Origin: an uncultured bacterium
GTDB taxonomy: Bacteria; Krumholzibacteriota; Krumholzibacteriia; Krumholzibacteriales; Krumholzibacteriaceae
Direction of reading: 5' to 3'
NCBI GenBank assembly: GCA_963813815.1
Contig: CAWFAD010000007.1
Span: 384,001-448,000 of the forward strand
DNA length: 64,000 nt
Positions 38,014 through 50,285 of this stretch are shown one piece after another. The notes under the pieces were generated by a model. That model did no database searches. It was given only the letters and a program-made list of their open reading frames with translations, and was not told where the DNA came from. The first letter of the stretch is position 1. Every line of letters begins with the position of its first letter. Position numbers and translations under genes: made by a program.

Positions 38014-39557
38014 AGGATTTCGCCTACGTCGCCGTGGCCGCCGTCCTCTTCGCGTGCCTCCTCGTGCCGCTGCGCGACTGCATCGTCGATGACACGTTCA
38101 TCCATCTCCAGTACGCGCGCAACCTCGCCGATCGCGGGGAGCTCTCCTTCAACCGCGGCGATCCGACGTACGGCGCCACGAGCCCCCTCTGGGTGGCGTT
38201 GCTCGCTCTTTTCCGCCGCGCGGGCGCCGACATCCTCATTTGGTGCCGCGTGCTCTCGTGGCTCTTCGCGATCGCCTCGATCATGCTCGTGTACCGGATC
38301 GCCGCGCGAATCGACAAAGATTCGGCGGTGCCCGTCGCCGCCGCGTTCATCGTCGCCACGGAAGCCTGGTTCGTGCGCTGGAGCGCGGTCGGCATGGAAA
38401 CCGCGCTCGCGGTCTTCACGGTGACCGTGGCGCTCGACGCCGTTCCCCGGGCGACGCGTTCGGCCTCCCGCTCGGCGGCGCTCGGGCTCGCACTCTTCGT
38501 CGCCGCGCTCGCCCGGCCCGAATCCCTCCTCCTCGTGCCCCTGACGGCGCTGGCCCTGCTCGTCGCGCGGGGGGCGCGACCGCGGCACTTCGTCTTTCTC
38601 GCGGTCTTCGCGCCGCTCTTCGCCGCGTGGCTCTATCTCATCCACGCGCACACGGGGACGTATTTTCCCCTGACGGCGGGGGCGAAGCAGGGGCGTCCCG
38701 TTCTCTCGGCGCTCCTCATCGGGCGCTCGCTCGTGCCGCTGCGGATCATGGGCTCGACGATGCTGCTGCCGTGGCTCGCCCTCGTCGCGGGGCTCGCCGT
38801 CGCGATCGGGCGAGACCGCTCGATCGGCTCCGCGTTCGAGGAGCGCCGGGGAATCCGCGAGATGCCCGGCGTGATCGTCATGCTTCTCTGGGCGGCGGCT
38901 CTGCCCGCCGCGTACGTCGCGCTCGACTTCCAGGTGCTTTCCCGCTACCTCGTGCCGGTCGCGCCCGCCGCGGCCATTCTCGGCGCCGTCGCCGCCCGCC
39001 GCCTCTTCTCGCGTCTCGTCCGGAGCCCGGGCGGGAGGCATACGGCGCTGGCGGTGTTCGTCTCTCTCGCGATCGTTCAGAGCGGCTGGGTCTACGCCGT
39101 CGCCGTCGTGCCTTCCACGAGGGCCTTCTCGCGCGCGCTCATGCGAACGGTGGCTTCCATGGGCAAGCTGATCGATCACGTGGCTCCCGCCGAGGCGATC
39201 GTCGCGACGCCCGACATCGGCGCGATCGGCTACTACGCGCACCGGCGGATTCTCGATCTCGGCGGCCTCGTGAGCCCGGAGATCAACCGCATGCGCCGAT
39301 CCGTCGACGTCGAGGAAATCATCGAGCGAGGACTCTACCTGCGTTTCGGCCCGACGTATCTCGTCGACCGGAGCGCGACCGCCGCGCGGTTCGAGGGGAA
39401 GGTCATCGACGGCGTGCTCTTTACCCCGCTGCGGCAGGGGACGGTGCCCAATCTCGGGATCCGGAAACCCGACCCCGTCGTCTACGTGCTCTACCGGCTC
39501 GATAGCGTGGGCGAGGACGGCCTGCCTGTCCCGGACGGCGAGGGGGAAGCGCCGTGA
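38004..39557 (+). CDS. GT-C fold membrane glycosyltransferase-like protein
   Basis: DDTFIHLQYARN, GATSPLW, GMET, ARPE, RYLVP, DIGAIGY, DLGGL. Confidence 0.75.
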   Translation: MQIKDFAYVAVAAVLFACLLVPLRDCIVDDTFIHLQYARNLADRGELSFNRGDPTYGATSPLWVALLALFRRAGADILIWCRVLSWLFAIASIMLVYRIAARIDKDSAVPVAAAFIVATEAWFVRWSAVGMETALAVFTVTVALDAVPRATRSASRSAALGLALFVAALARPESLLLVPLTALALLVARGARPRHFVFLAVFAPLFAAWLYLIHAHTGTYFPLTAGAKQGRPVLSALLIGRSLVPLRIMGSTMLLPWLALVAGLAVAIGRDRSIGSAFEERRGIREMPGVIVMLLWAAALPAAYVALDFQVLSRYLVPVAPAAAILGAVAARRLFSRLVRSPGGRHTALAVFVSLAIVQSGWVYAVAVVPSTRAFSRALMRTVASMGKLIDHVAPAEAIVATPDIGAIGYYAHRRILDLGGLVSPEINRMRRSVDVEEIIERGLYLRFGPTYLVDRSATAARFEGKVIDGVLFTPLRQGTVPNLGIRKPDPVVYVLYRLDSVGEDGLPVPDGEGEAP

Positions 39558-40366
39558 ATCTTTCCGAGCCCGTCATACCCAGCGACATACCTGCGGAGAA
39601 GCTCCCGGCGCTTCTTCGCAACTGGCATTTCGGCTCGAAGGCGCGGCGTCATCTCTCGCGCCGCCGTTTCCTCGAGGTGGCGGCGCTTCTCGACGGCGCT
39701 CCGCCGGGGCGGGCGCTCGACGCGGGGTGCGGATGGGGATACGGTTTGTTCCTCCTCGGACGGAGGGGGTTCTCTCCGTACGGCATCGACATCGTGCAGG
39801 ACGATTTTCCCGCGGCGCGGCGCATCGCCTCGGCGAACGCTCTCGACGCCTCGCTCGTCGGCGCCGACCTCGGCGCTCTGCCGTTCGCGGGAGGCTCGTT
39901 CGCGGCCGTGACCGCGGTCGAAACGATCGAGCACGTGTTCGCGGAAGATCGCGCGCGCGCGTTTCGCGAGGCCTCGCGCGTGCTGGTTCCCGGCGGCGTT
40001 CTCTCGCTCTCGACGCCCAACCGCCGCTCGATCGTCGAACGGGGGAAGCGCGTCATCGTGCGGTTCCCGCGGCTCAAGCGGCTGTTTCCGGGGATGTGCT
40101 ATCCGGCCGGCCGCGTGACGCGCGAGCACTATCATCCCTATCGCTATCACGAGCCGGTGAAGGAGTCCGATCTGCGGCTCATGCTCGAGGAAGCGGGGTT
40201 CGATGTCACGCTCATGAAGACGATCATCTTCGTGTGGAAGAGCGTTCCCGACGCGCTTTTTCCGCTCTCGAGGCTCGTAGAATCGGCGCTCGAGCGCGCG
40301 CCTCTCGTTCGCGACATGGCGAGCACGCTCGTCGTGCGCGCGGTGAAGGTGCGGGGAGGGGAGTAA
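39554..40366 (+). CDS. Class I SAM-dependent methyltransferase
   Basis: LDAGCGWG, LPFAGGSF, ETIEHV, RVLVPGG, STPN. Confidence 0.88.
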   Translation: MNLSEPVIPSDIPAEKLPALLRNWHFGSKARRHLSRRRFLEVAALLDGAPPGRALDAGCGWGYGLFLLGRRGFSPYGIDIVQDDFPAARRIASANALDASLVGADLGALPFAGGSFAAVTAVETIEHVFAEDRARAFREASRVLVPGGVLSLSTPNRRSIVERGKRVIVRFPRLKRLFPGMCYPAGRVTREHYHPYRYHEPVKESDLRLMLEEAGFDVTLMKTIIFVWKSVPDALFPLSRLVESALERAPLVRDMASTLVVRAVKVRGGE

Positions 40367-40485
40367 ACGGAAATTTCGCAAATATCGAGAAAAAAGGTCG
40401 ACCGCGCCGCTGGGCCACCGTGCAACCTATTATAAATAAATAAGTTAAATATCAGCAAGTATTTTTATGAGCGCAAAAAAAGGTG

Positions 40486-40517
40486 TTGACAGGTGGGGCA
40501 TCGTGGGGTAAGGTGGG
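40486..40517 (+). promoter_or_regulatory. dcw promoter with MraZ-binding direct repeats
   Basis: TTGACA (40486-40491), N17, TAAGGT; GTGGG at 40493, 40503 and 40513 (10-bp period). Confidence 0.85.
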
Positions 40518-40571
40518 GGCCGATTTACTTTTCGCCGAGCAATATGACCTCAAATAGTAATCGGGACTCGC

Positions 40572-41060
40572 ATGGAAGACGCCAAGGTGCCGTCGAGAGA
40601 AAACAGAAAACCGGGGGATGAGTTCCTGGGCAAGGCCCTGTGCCCGCTCGACGAAAAGAACCGCCTCACGATTCCGGTCAAGTTCCGCAAGCTCGTCCGC
40701 GAGGACGCAGCCGGCGGACGGCATCTCGTCATCTGCCGGGCGAAGGATCATCGCACGGACTGCCTCGCCCTCTACACGCTCGAGTACTTCAACAACATCA
40801 TGGAGAGGCTGCGCGCCCTCGACCCGGGATCCGAGAAGCGCCGCCTCATCCGTTTCTACAGCAACGAATCGGAGCAGCTCCGGATCGACAGCTACGGACG
40901 CATCCAGATACCGCAGGAGTTTCTCGAGGTGCTCGGCAACGCGCGCGACCTCGTCGTCAGCGGCGAGTCGGATTACCTCGAGATCTGGAAACGCGAGACA
41001 TTCACCAGGGTGAGGGAAGAGGGACTCGAAGGCTTCTACGGTGGCGACTTCGAGCCATAG
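40572..41060 (+). CDS. mraZ: Transcriptional regulator MraZ
   Basis: LDEKNRLTIP and IDSYGRIQIP motifs, LEIW; heads the dcw cluster. Confidence 0.9.
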   Translation: MEDAKVPSRENRKPGDEFLGKALCPLDEKNRLTIPVKFRKLVREDAAGGRHLVICRAKDHRTDCLALYTLEYFNNIMERLRALDPGSEKRRLIRFYSNESEQLRIDSYGRIQIPQEFLEVLGNARDLVVSGESDYLEIWKRETFTRVREEGLEGFYGGDFEP

Positions 41061-41069
41061 GGATTGCGC

Positions 41070-41447
41070 ATGAAGGTGTACCGGTCCGACAAGGGGGGCA
41101 TCGGAATCTGGAAGCTCGCGGGCGTCGTCGAAAGGGATGACGCCCTCGTGCTTCTGCGCACGCTTCGAGAGGCGGGGAGCGGTTCCCGAGGCTGCTTCAT
41201 CATCGATTTCGAGAACGTGAGGCACGTCGATTACCGCGCCTTCAGCGCGCTCGAGGAAGGGTGCCCCGACGGAACGTGCGTGCTGCTGAGCGGGCTGAGC
41301 GACTACGTTCTCGACATCTTCGCCTTCGTCTCGCGCCGCAACATCTTCGATGTGTTTCCCGACTGGAGAAAAGCGCTGAGATACCTGTCCGTCGAGCGGG
41401 GAAAGCTCGGCCCATCTCTCGCGGCGCATGCCGCGGGCGGCAAGTGA
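41070..41447 (+). CDS. STAS-like domain protein
   Basis: IWKLAG, FIIDFENVRHVD, LSGLSDYVLDIF, FDVFPDWRKAL pattern; alternative start TTG 41064. Confidence 0.65.
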   Translation: MKVYRSDKGGIGIWKLAGVVERDDALVLLRTLREAGSGSRGCFIIDFENVRHVDYRAFSALEEGCPDGTCVLLSGLSDYVLDIFAFVSRRNIFDVFPDWRKALRYLSVERGKLGPSLAAHAAGGK

Positions 41448-41455
41448 CATGGAGC

Positions 41456-42388
41456 ATGACGGAAGAGCTGCATACGCCCGTGATGGCCGAAGAGGTTTCG
41501 AAGCTTCTGCTCGTGAACCGGAACGGGTTCTACGTGGACGGCACGGTGGGAATGGGCGGGCACGCGGAGGCGATGCTCCGGCTGGGCGGAGACCGGCTCA
41601 CGCTGCTCGGAATCGATCGCGACCCCGCCGCGATCGAGATCGCCCGCCGGCGCCTCGAGCCTTTCGGGGAGCGCGTTCTCCTCGCCCGGGGCAACTTCAG
41701 GGACCTCGCCCGGTTCGCGGCGGGGCGACGGGCGGACGGCGTGCTGCTCGACCTCGGGGTTTCTTCCTATCAGCTCGCCGACGCGAAGCGGGGATTCGGC
41801 TACCAAATCAACGGTCCCCTCGACATGGCGATGGGGCCGGACGGCCGTTCGGTGCGGGAGCTGCTCGCGACGGCGGAGGAGCGGGATATCGGACGGATCA
41901 TACGGGAATACGGGGAGGAACGCCGCTATCGGGCCGTCGCGCGGGAAATCGTGCGGCGGCGCTCGTCGGGGGAGCTCGCGACGGCCGCGGCCCTGCGGGA
42001 CTGCGTTACGGCCGCCGCCCCGGCGAGAGATCGTTTCGGAACGCTCTCGAGGGTGTTTCAGGCGCTGCGCATATGGTCGAACGAGGAGCTCGATCATCTC
42101 GCCGCGGCGCTCCCCGAGGCGGTTTCCCTGCTCGCTCCGGGCGGGCGGATCGCGGTCATCTCGTACCATTCCCTCGAGGACCGCATCGTGAAGCGCCTGT
42201 TCCGGCAGGAGGAGCGAGGGTGCGTTTGTCCGCCGGATTTTCCGCTGTGCCGCTGCGGGCGCGAGCCGCGGCTGCGGCTTCTCGCGCACGGCGCCCTGCG
42301 GCCCTCGCCGGAGGAGATCGAACGGAATGCACGGTCGCGGAGCGCGCGGTTGCGCGCGGGAGAGAGGGTGTCGCATGAGCTCGCGTGA
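41456..42388 (+). CDS. rsmH: 16S rRNA m4C1402 methyltransferase
   Basis: HTPVM, DGTVGMGGH, DLGVSSYQL, FQALRI, ISYHSLEDRIVK, RSRSARLR. Confidence 0.96.
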   Translation: MTEELHTPVMAEEVSKLLLVNRNGFYVDGTVGMGGHAEAMLRLGGDRLTLLGIDRDPAAIEIARRRLEPFGERVLLARGNFRDLARFAAGRRADGVLLDLGVSSYQLADAKRGFGYQINGPLDMAMGPDGRSVRELLATAEERDIGRIIREYGEERRYRAVAREIVRRRSSGELATAAALRDCVTAAAPARDRFGTLSRVFQALRIWSNEELDHLAAALPEAVSLLAPGGRIAVISYHSLEDRIVKRLFRQEERGCVCPPDFPLCRCGREPRLRLLAHGALRPSPEEIERNARSRSARLRAGERVSHELA

Positions 42389-42800
42389 GAACGGACAATC
42401 CGCGCTCTACGGTTTTATGAAACGGGTGCTTGAGGGGCGCATCTCGCCGTTCCAGTTCATCTTTCTGCTCGGCTCGTTCTCCACGCTCGTGTTGCTCTAC
42501 ATATCGCTTCACGTCTGCTGTTTCAACGTTTCGAACGAGCTCGCGACGGAGAATGATCGGGTCGAGGCCCTTCTCGAGCTCAACGTTCGTCTCATGACGC
42601 GGTACAACGAGCTCGCCGCCCCCGGCTACGTCATCCCGCTCGCCCAGGATCTCGGGATGCGCCCGGGAACGAATGACGAGGTCCGGCGCTTCGCCGTCAA
42701 GGGGGGTCTCGAAGAAGCGGGCGAGCCTTCCTGGGCCGAAGCGGGCGTGGACCGCCTGCTCGAGCTCGCGCCGTCGCTCGAGTCGAGGATGGCACGATGA
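42375..42800 (+). CDS. ftsL: Probable cell division protein FtsL
   Basis: Single TM, coiled coil, AQDLGM; position between rsmH and ftsI. Confidence 0.6.
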   Translation: MSSRENGQSALYGFMKRVLEGRISPFQFIFLLGSFSTLVLLYISLHVCCFNVSNELATENDRVEALLELNVRLMTRYNELAAPGYVIPLAQDLGMRPGTNDEVRRFAVKGGLEEAGEPSWAEAGVDRLLELAPSLESRMAR

Positions 42801-44937
42801 CGGAGTTTCGGTCGAAACAGAGGCTGGGCGCGCTCTCGGTCGCCGTCGCGGCGATCGTGGGGATCCTCGTGTGGCGTCTCGTCTGCATCCAGATCGTCGA
42901 TCACGAACGGCACCTGGAGCAGGCGAAGAGGCAATGGATCGAGCGCAAGCTCATCCCCGCGCGCCGCGGCCACATCTTCGATCACAACGGCTTTCCGCTC
43001 GCGGTGACCCGATGGACCTACGACGTCGGCGTGACGCCGGCGCACTTTCCGATAGAGAAGAACAAGGCGGTCGCGTGTTTGGCCGATGCGTGCGCTCTCA
43101 CCAAAAAAGAGCTGCGCCGAAGGCTCGCACGGAATCACTCTTCCCACATCCCGCTCGGTCGGGACCTCCACCTGACTGACAATCAGGTATCCACGCTCTC
43201 ATCGCTCGCAGGCGTGCGTCTCGATCCGAACCACGACCGCCTCTATCCTTTTGAATCGCTTCCTCAGCAGTTCATCGGCGCGATCGATTGCGACGGCAAA
43301 GGGATCGCGGGAGTCGAATCCGGGTTTCAGAACGTGCTCGGCGGCCTCGACGGCTGGGTGCTCGAGAGCAGGATCGCGGGCGACCGCCGGGGATACCAAC
43401 CCGTGAACGCGCCCGGGCGCAAGGCCCTCTGCGGAGCCGATCTGTACCTCACGATCGACACGCGCATCCAGGCGATCGTCGATTTCGAGCTCGTGCGGGC
43501 CGTCGACCGCTACCGCGCCGCCGGCGGCATGGCCATCGTCGTGGATCCGGCCACGGGGGACATCCTCGCGGTCGCGGAAAAACCCGATCGCACGATCTCC
43601 CGGGACCGGCGAACGGCCGACGGATTCGCGCTCCGGTCGATCAACTGCATCTACGAGCCGGGATCGACCTTCAAGCTCATCACGCATTCCTACCTGATCG
43701 AAACCAAGAGGGCGCGCCCGCAGGACACCTTCTTCGGGGAGAATGGCGTCGCCGCCTTCGATTGGGGAACGATCCACGACGATCATCCGTTCCAGTGGCT
43801 CACGCTCAAGCAGTCCTTCGTCAACTCGAGCAACATCTGCACGATCAAGGCCGCGCTGGGCGCGGACCGCGAGGACTTCTACCGGTACATCCTGCGATTC
43901 GGTTTCGCCGGTCGGACCGGAATCGATCTCCCCGCCGAATCGCGGGGAACGATCCGCGAGCCCGCGGCCTGGTCCATGCGGTCGCTGCCGAGTCTCGCGA
44001 TCGGTCATGAGATCGGCGTCACGCCGCTCCAGATGGTCATGGCGTACTGCGCGCTCGCGAACGGCGGGGTGCTCATGGCGCCGCGCATCGCGGTCGAGGC
44101 GCGGAACGCCTCCGGAGACGTTTTGCGGCGCGTGCCCCCCGTCGTGATACGCCGCGTCTTTTCGGAAGAAACGGCGCGCACGATGCGCGATTTCTGCCGC
44201 GGGGTCGTGCTCGAAGGCACGGGCGTGAAGGCGGAGGTCGACGGGATCGCGGTCGCCGGCAAGACGGGCACCTCGCAGAAGATCGAGGACGGCGTCTACC
44301 GCCACGACAAGTACGTGGTGAGCTTCGTCGGGTACGCCCCGGCGGAGGCGCCCCGGCTCGCGTGCATCGTCGTGCTCGACGAGCCGGTGTATCCGTACTG
44401 GTGGGGAGGGGAATCCGCCGCCGTCGTTTTCAGCAGCATACTCGAGGGAATCAACCTTTCGACCGATCTTCTCTCGGGCGGGGACGCCGCCGCCGTCACG
44501 GTCGCCCGCGGGCGCGCCGGAAAGTCGCGGGTGCCGAGCTTCCTGCGGCTCACCGCGGCCGAAGCGGAGGACCTCGCGGGGAAACACGGCATCGCGATCG
44601 ATTGCCCGCGGCTTCCGGGAATCGTGTATTCCCAATCCCCCGATCCGGGCACGCTCGTCGGCCGCAAGGAGCGCGTGTCGCTCATGGTGAGGCCGGAGCG
44701 TCCCGCCGGGTCGGCGAGCGCCGAGGTGCCCGAGCTCGCCGGGCTTTCGCTCCGGGAGGCGCGCCGCATGCTCCTCGGATGCGGATTCGAATGCGCCGTG
44801 CGCGGCCACGGAGTCGTCGCGCGGCAGGAGCCCGCGGCCGGCAGGGAGCTCGCGTACGGGGGAACGGTCGTCATACATTGCGCGCCGCGGCGCGGAGACC
44901 AGGCGATGGCCGGCGCACCGGCGAACGGAGCGGGAAC

Positions 44938-44941
<4 letters not shown>
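42797..44941 (+). CDS. ftsI: Class B PBP (FtsI) with two PASTA domains
   Basis: RRGHIFDHNG, EPGSTFK, SSN, KTGT; VPSF...QSPDPG and VPEL...QEPAAG PASTA repeats. Confidence 0.9.
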
Positions 44942-46411
<1,470 letters not shown>

Positions 46412-46422
<11 letters not shown>

Positions 46423-47821
46423 TTTCGCATGGGTGGCGCGTTCCCTCCGCCGCGCCGGGTACCGAGGCGGAGCGCCGGCCGAGGGCTCCGTGAAAGGGGT
46501 TTCGATCGACACGCGCGGCGGCTGCGCGGGAGCGCTCTTCGTGGCCCTCGCGGGGGAGCGTTCCGACGGGCACGATTATCTCGATCGGGCGGTCGCCGGC
46601 GGCGCTTCGGCGCTCCTCGTCGCGAGCTCCCGGCGCGCGGAAGCGCTCGCCGCGGCCGGAAGCTCCGCTGTGTTCGACGTTCCCGACACCCTCGTCGGGC
46701 TTCAGACCCTCGCCGCCGCGTGGAGGGAGCAGGTGAATCCGCGCGTCGTCGCGATCACCGGCAGCGCGGGCAAGACGGGAACGAAGGATCTCGCCGCGGC
46801 GATTCTCGCGCGGCGCTACGCCGTGCACGCCACCCCCGGCAACCTCAACAACCATATCGGCCTTCCCTTGACCCTTCTCGGCATGGAGAGCGGCGCGGAG
46901 ATCTGCGTCACGGAGATGGGCGCCAACCACCGCAAGGAGATACAGGCCCTCTGCGAAATCGCGAAGCCCTTGATCGGCATCGTCACGAACGTCGGTCCGG
47001 CGCACCTCGAGCACTTCGGAACGCTCAAGGGAGTGGCGGTCGCGAAGGCCGAGCTCGTCGAGGCTCTGCCGGCCGATGGAACGGCCGTGCTTCCCGCCGA
47101 TGACGAGTTCGCCGCGTTCCTCGCCGGACGCACGAAGGCGCGCACGATCACCGTGGGCTTCTCCGCCGGTGCCGACCGGCGCATCACGGGGCTCGAGAGG
47201 ATCGAGGGGGGCGGGTACCGGTTCCGCGTGGGCGAGATCGAGCTCGCGACCGGCCGGTACGGCGCGCACCACGTTCGGAACGCGGCCTCCGCCGCGGTCG
47301 TCGGGACGATCGCCGGGGTTCCTGCCGAGGAGATCGCCGCCGCGGTGGCGGAGGCGAGGCCCGGCGAGGGACGCGGCGCGGCGTACGACATCGACGGCGT
47401 GATTTTCGTCGACGAGAGCTACAACGCCAATCCGGCGTCCGTTCGGGCGGCGGTGGATGCCTTTATGGAAATGCCCGGAGACGGCCGCCGCTGGCTCGTT
47501 CTCGGCGACATGTTCGAGCTCGGGAGCCTGAGCGGCGAGCTCCATCGCGAGACGGGAACGTACTGCGGGCGCGCGAAGTCCGACGGCATTCTCACCATCG
47601 GAAAGGATTCGGCCGAGCTCTCGCGGGCGGCCGCGGAGCAGCGGAAATCGCCCGAGCTCATCACGCATTTTCTCGACGTCGAGACGCTCGCCTCCCATCT
47701 CGCCACCCTGCTGCGGCCCGGCGATCTCGTGCTCGTCAAAGGCTCGCGCGGCATGCGGATGGAGCGGATCATCGATGCCGTCGAGCGATCGCGCGGGGTT
47801 TCGCGCCGGAGGATCGACTGA
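46412..47821 (+). CDS. murF: UDP-MurNAc-pentapeptide synthetase
   Basis: ITGSAGKT, NLNNHIG, EMGANH, ESYNANP, LGDMFELG, KGSRGM. Confidence 0.96.
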
Positions 47822-48906
47822 TGCTGTACCATCTTCTGTACCCGCTCCGCGATTACTTCTTCGCCTTCAACGTGTTCCGGTACATCACGTTCCGTTCGGC
47901 GTACGCGATGGTCACCGCGCTCGCGATCTGCTTCATCTTCGGGCCGCGCTTCATCCGCTGGCTCCGGGCCGTGCAGATCGGCCAGCGTGTCCGTGCCGAG
48001 GTGCCCGAGCGGCATCAGGCGAAGGAAGGAACGCCGACGATGGGGGGGCTCCTCATCATCGCGGCGACTCTCGTTCCGACGCTTCTCTGGAGCAATCTCG
48101 CGAACCCGTACGTCCAGCTCGCCATCGTCGTCACGGTCTGGACCGGTCTCATCGGATTCGTCGACGACTATCTCCGCGTCGTGAAGAAAACCGAGAAGGG
48201 GCTCGTGGGGCGCTACAAGCTTCTCGGCCAATTCATCTTCGGGGCCGCGCTCGGCGTGTTTCTCTTTATGAATCCGCTCGCCCGCGAGGGGGCGACGCAG
48301 AGCGCGATTCCGTTCCTCAAGTCGTACTACATCGAGTGGGGGATCCTCTACGTCCCCTTCGTGATTTTCATCGTCATGGGATCGTCGAACGCGGTCAATC
48401 TCACGGACGGCCTCGACGGGCTCGCGGCGGGCGCCGCCGCCTTCAGCTTCTTCGCGTTCGCCGCGCTCGCGTACCTCAGCGGCCACAAGAACTTCGCCCA
48501 GTATCTCGGCATTCCCTATCTGCCCGGATGCGGCGAGCTCACCGTGTACTGCATGTCGGTCGTGGGGGCCTCGCTCGGCTTCCTCTGGTACAACACGCAC
48601 CCGGCGCAGATCTTCATGGGGGACACGGGCTCGCTCTCTCTCGGCGGCGCGCTCGGCACGGTCGCCATTCTCCTCAAGAAGGAGCTTCTCCTCGTCGTCA
48701 TCGGGGGGATCTTCGTCGCCGAGGCGCTTTCCGTGATTCTCCAGGTCGGTTCCTTCAAGCTCACGGGGAAACGAATATTCAACATGGCGCCCTTCCACCA
48801 TCACTTCGAGCTCATGGGCTGGAGCGAGGAGAAGGTCGTCGTTCGGTTCTGGATCATCGCGGCGCTGCTGGCGCTTCTCAGCATCAGCACGCTCAAACTG
48901 CAATAA
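47821..48906 (+). CDS. mraY: Phospho-MurNAc-pentapeptide transferase
   Basis: GTPTMGG, DDY, NAVNLTDGLDGL, FMGDTGS, APFHHHFE. Confidence 0.98.
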   Translation: MLYHLLYPLRDYFFAFNVFRYITFRSAYAMVTALAICFIFGPRFIRWLRAVQIGQRVRAEVPERHQAKEGTPTMGGLLIIAATLVPTLLWSNLANPYVQLAIVVTVWTGLIGFVDDYLRVVKKTEKGLVGRYKLLGQFIFGAALGVFLFMNPLAREGATQSAIPFLKSYYIEWGILYVPFVIFIVMGSSNAVNLTDGLDGLAAGAAAFSFFAFAALAYLSGHKNFAQYLGIPYLPGCGELTVYCMSVVGASLGFLWYNTHPAQIFMGDTGSLSLGGALGTVAILLKKELLLVVIGGIFVAEALSVILQVGSFKLTGKRIFNMAPFHHHFELMGWSEEKVVVRFWIIAALLALLSISTLKLQ

Positions 48907-48923
48907 GGGATCGGAGAAACGGC

Positions 48924-50285
48924 GTGTCGACAGTACGAACGAACGCGGACGCGCTCTACCGGGGAAAGTCGGTTCTCGTGCTCGGCCTCGCCCGAAGCGG
49001 GCTCTCGGCGGTCCGGCTCCTGCTCCGCGCGGGGGCGCGCGTCGCCGGCGCGGACGAGAACGCGCGCGTCGAGATTCCGGCCGACCTCGCGCAGGTGCCC
49101 GTCCGCGTCGGCGGATTCGGGCCGGAGCTCCTCGACGGCGTCGACGAAGTCGTCGTGAGCCCCGGCATCGCGATCGATCACCCGCTCATGGTCGAGGCGG
49201 CGCGTCGCGGCGTTCCGCTCACGAGCGAGCTCGAGCTCGGTTCCCGCTTCGCGACGGCCCGACTCGTCGCCGTCACCGGCACGAACGGCAAATCGACGAC
49301 CGTGACGATGATCGGGGAGATACTGAAGGCGGCGGGACGCAGAGTGATCGTGTGCGGCAACGTGGGGCTGCCGTTCTGCTCGGTCGTGAGCGATCTCGGC
49401 CCCGGCGATTTCTTCGTGCTCGAGGTTTCGAGCTTTCAGCTCGAGACCGCCTCGACGTTTCATCCGGAGGTCGCGGGCATCCTCAACCTCACGCCCGATC
49501 ATCTGGATCGCTATCACGACGTCGAGGACTATTACCGCTACAAGGAGCGGATCGCGGAGAACTGCGGCGCGGGGGACGGTTTCTTCTACAACGCGCTCGA
49601 CCGGCGCTGCGCGGCGATCGCCGGCCGGTTTCCCGGACGGCGGATTCCCTTCTCCTCGGCGGGTCCGGTCGACGGGGGCGTGTTCCTCGAGGGGGAGGAT
49701 TTCGTGAGAACGATCGGCGGCGCGCGCGAGATATTCCTCGATCGCCGTTCGCTCGGCGTCATCGGTCTCCACAACGTCGAAAACGCCCTGGCGGCGGTCG
49801 CCGCGCTCGCGCCCTACGACGTGCCCGCCGCGGTCTGCCGGAAGGCACTTTCCGATTTTCGGGGGCTCCCGCACCGGATGGAGCGCGTCGCCGTCGTGAA
49901 CGGGGTTTCGTACTTCAACGACTCGAAGGGGACGAACGTCGAGGCGACCATGATGTCGCTGCGGGGGCTCGATCGCCCGGCCGTGCTCATCGCCGGCGGC
50001 CACGACAAGGGCGGCGATTTCTCCAAGCTCATCCCCGTGCTCGGACGCGTGAAGACGGTCGTGACGATCGGGGAGGCGGCTCCCCTCATCGAAGAGGCGC
50101 TCTCGTCGACGGTGCCCGTCGCGCGCGCTCAGACGATGAAGGACGCGGTCGAAATCGCGTCCCGCGCGGCCCAGGAGGGAGATCTCGTGTTGCTTTCGCC
50201 GGCGTGCGCGAGCTTCGACATGTTCAGGAATTTCGAACATCGAGGAGAGGTATTCCGGGAATGCGTGAAGGAACTGCAGCGGTAG
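48924..50285 (+). CDS. murD: UDP-MurNAc-L-Ala-D-Glu ligase
   Basis: GLARSG, SPG, TGTNGKST, EVSSFQL, NDSKGTN, LSPACASFD. Confidence 0.96.
   Translation: MSTVRTNADALYRGKSVLVLGLARSGLSAVRLLLRAGARVAGADENARVEIPADLAQVPVRVGGFGPELLDGVDEVVVSPGIAIDHPLMVEAARRGVPLTSELELGSRFATARLVAVTGTNGKSTTVTMIGEILKAAGRRVIVCGNVGLPFCSVVSDLGPGDFFVLEVSSFQLETASTFHPEVAGILNLTPDHLDRYHDVEDYYRYKERIAENCGAGDGFFYNALDRRCAAIAGRFPGRRIPFSSAGPVDGGVFLEGEDFVRTIGGAREIFLDRRSLGVIGLHNVENALAAVAALAPYDVPAAVCRKALSDFRGLPHRMERVAVVNGVSYFNDSKGTNVEATMMSLRGLDRPAVLIAGGHDKGGDFSKLIPVLGRVKTVVTIGEAAPLIEEALSSTVPVARAQTMKDAVEIASRAAQEGDLVLLSPACASFDMFRNFEHRGEVFRECVKELQR

Noticed and set aside
40367..40485. AT-rich patch as foreign DNA or origin
   Set aside because: Short, directly upstream of a consensus promoter (UP-element-like); no DnaA boxes or att sites seen
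40493..40517. GTGGG 10-bp periodic repeats as a novel element or G-quadruplex
   Set aside because: Matches known MraZ operator repeats over the dcw promoter
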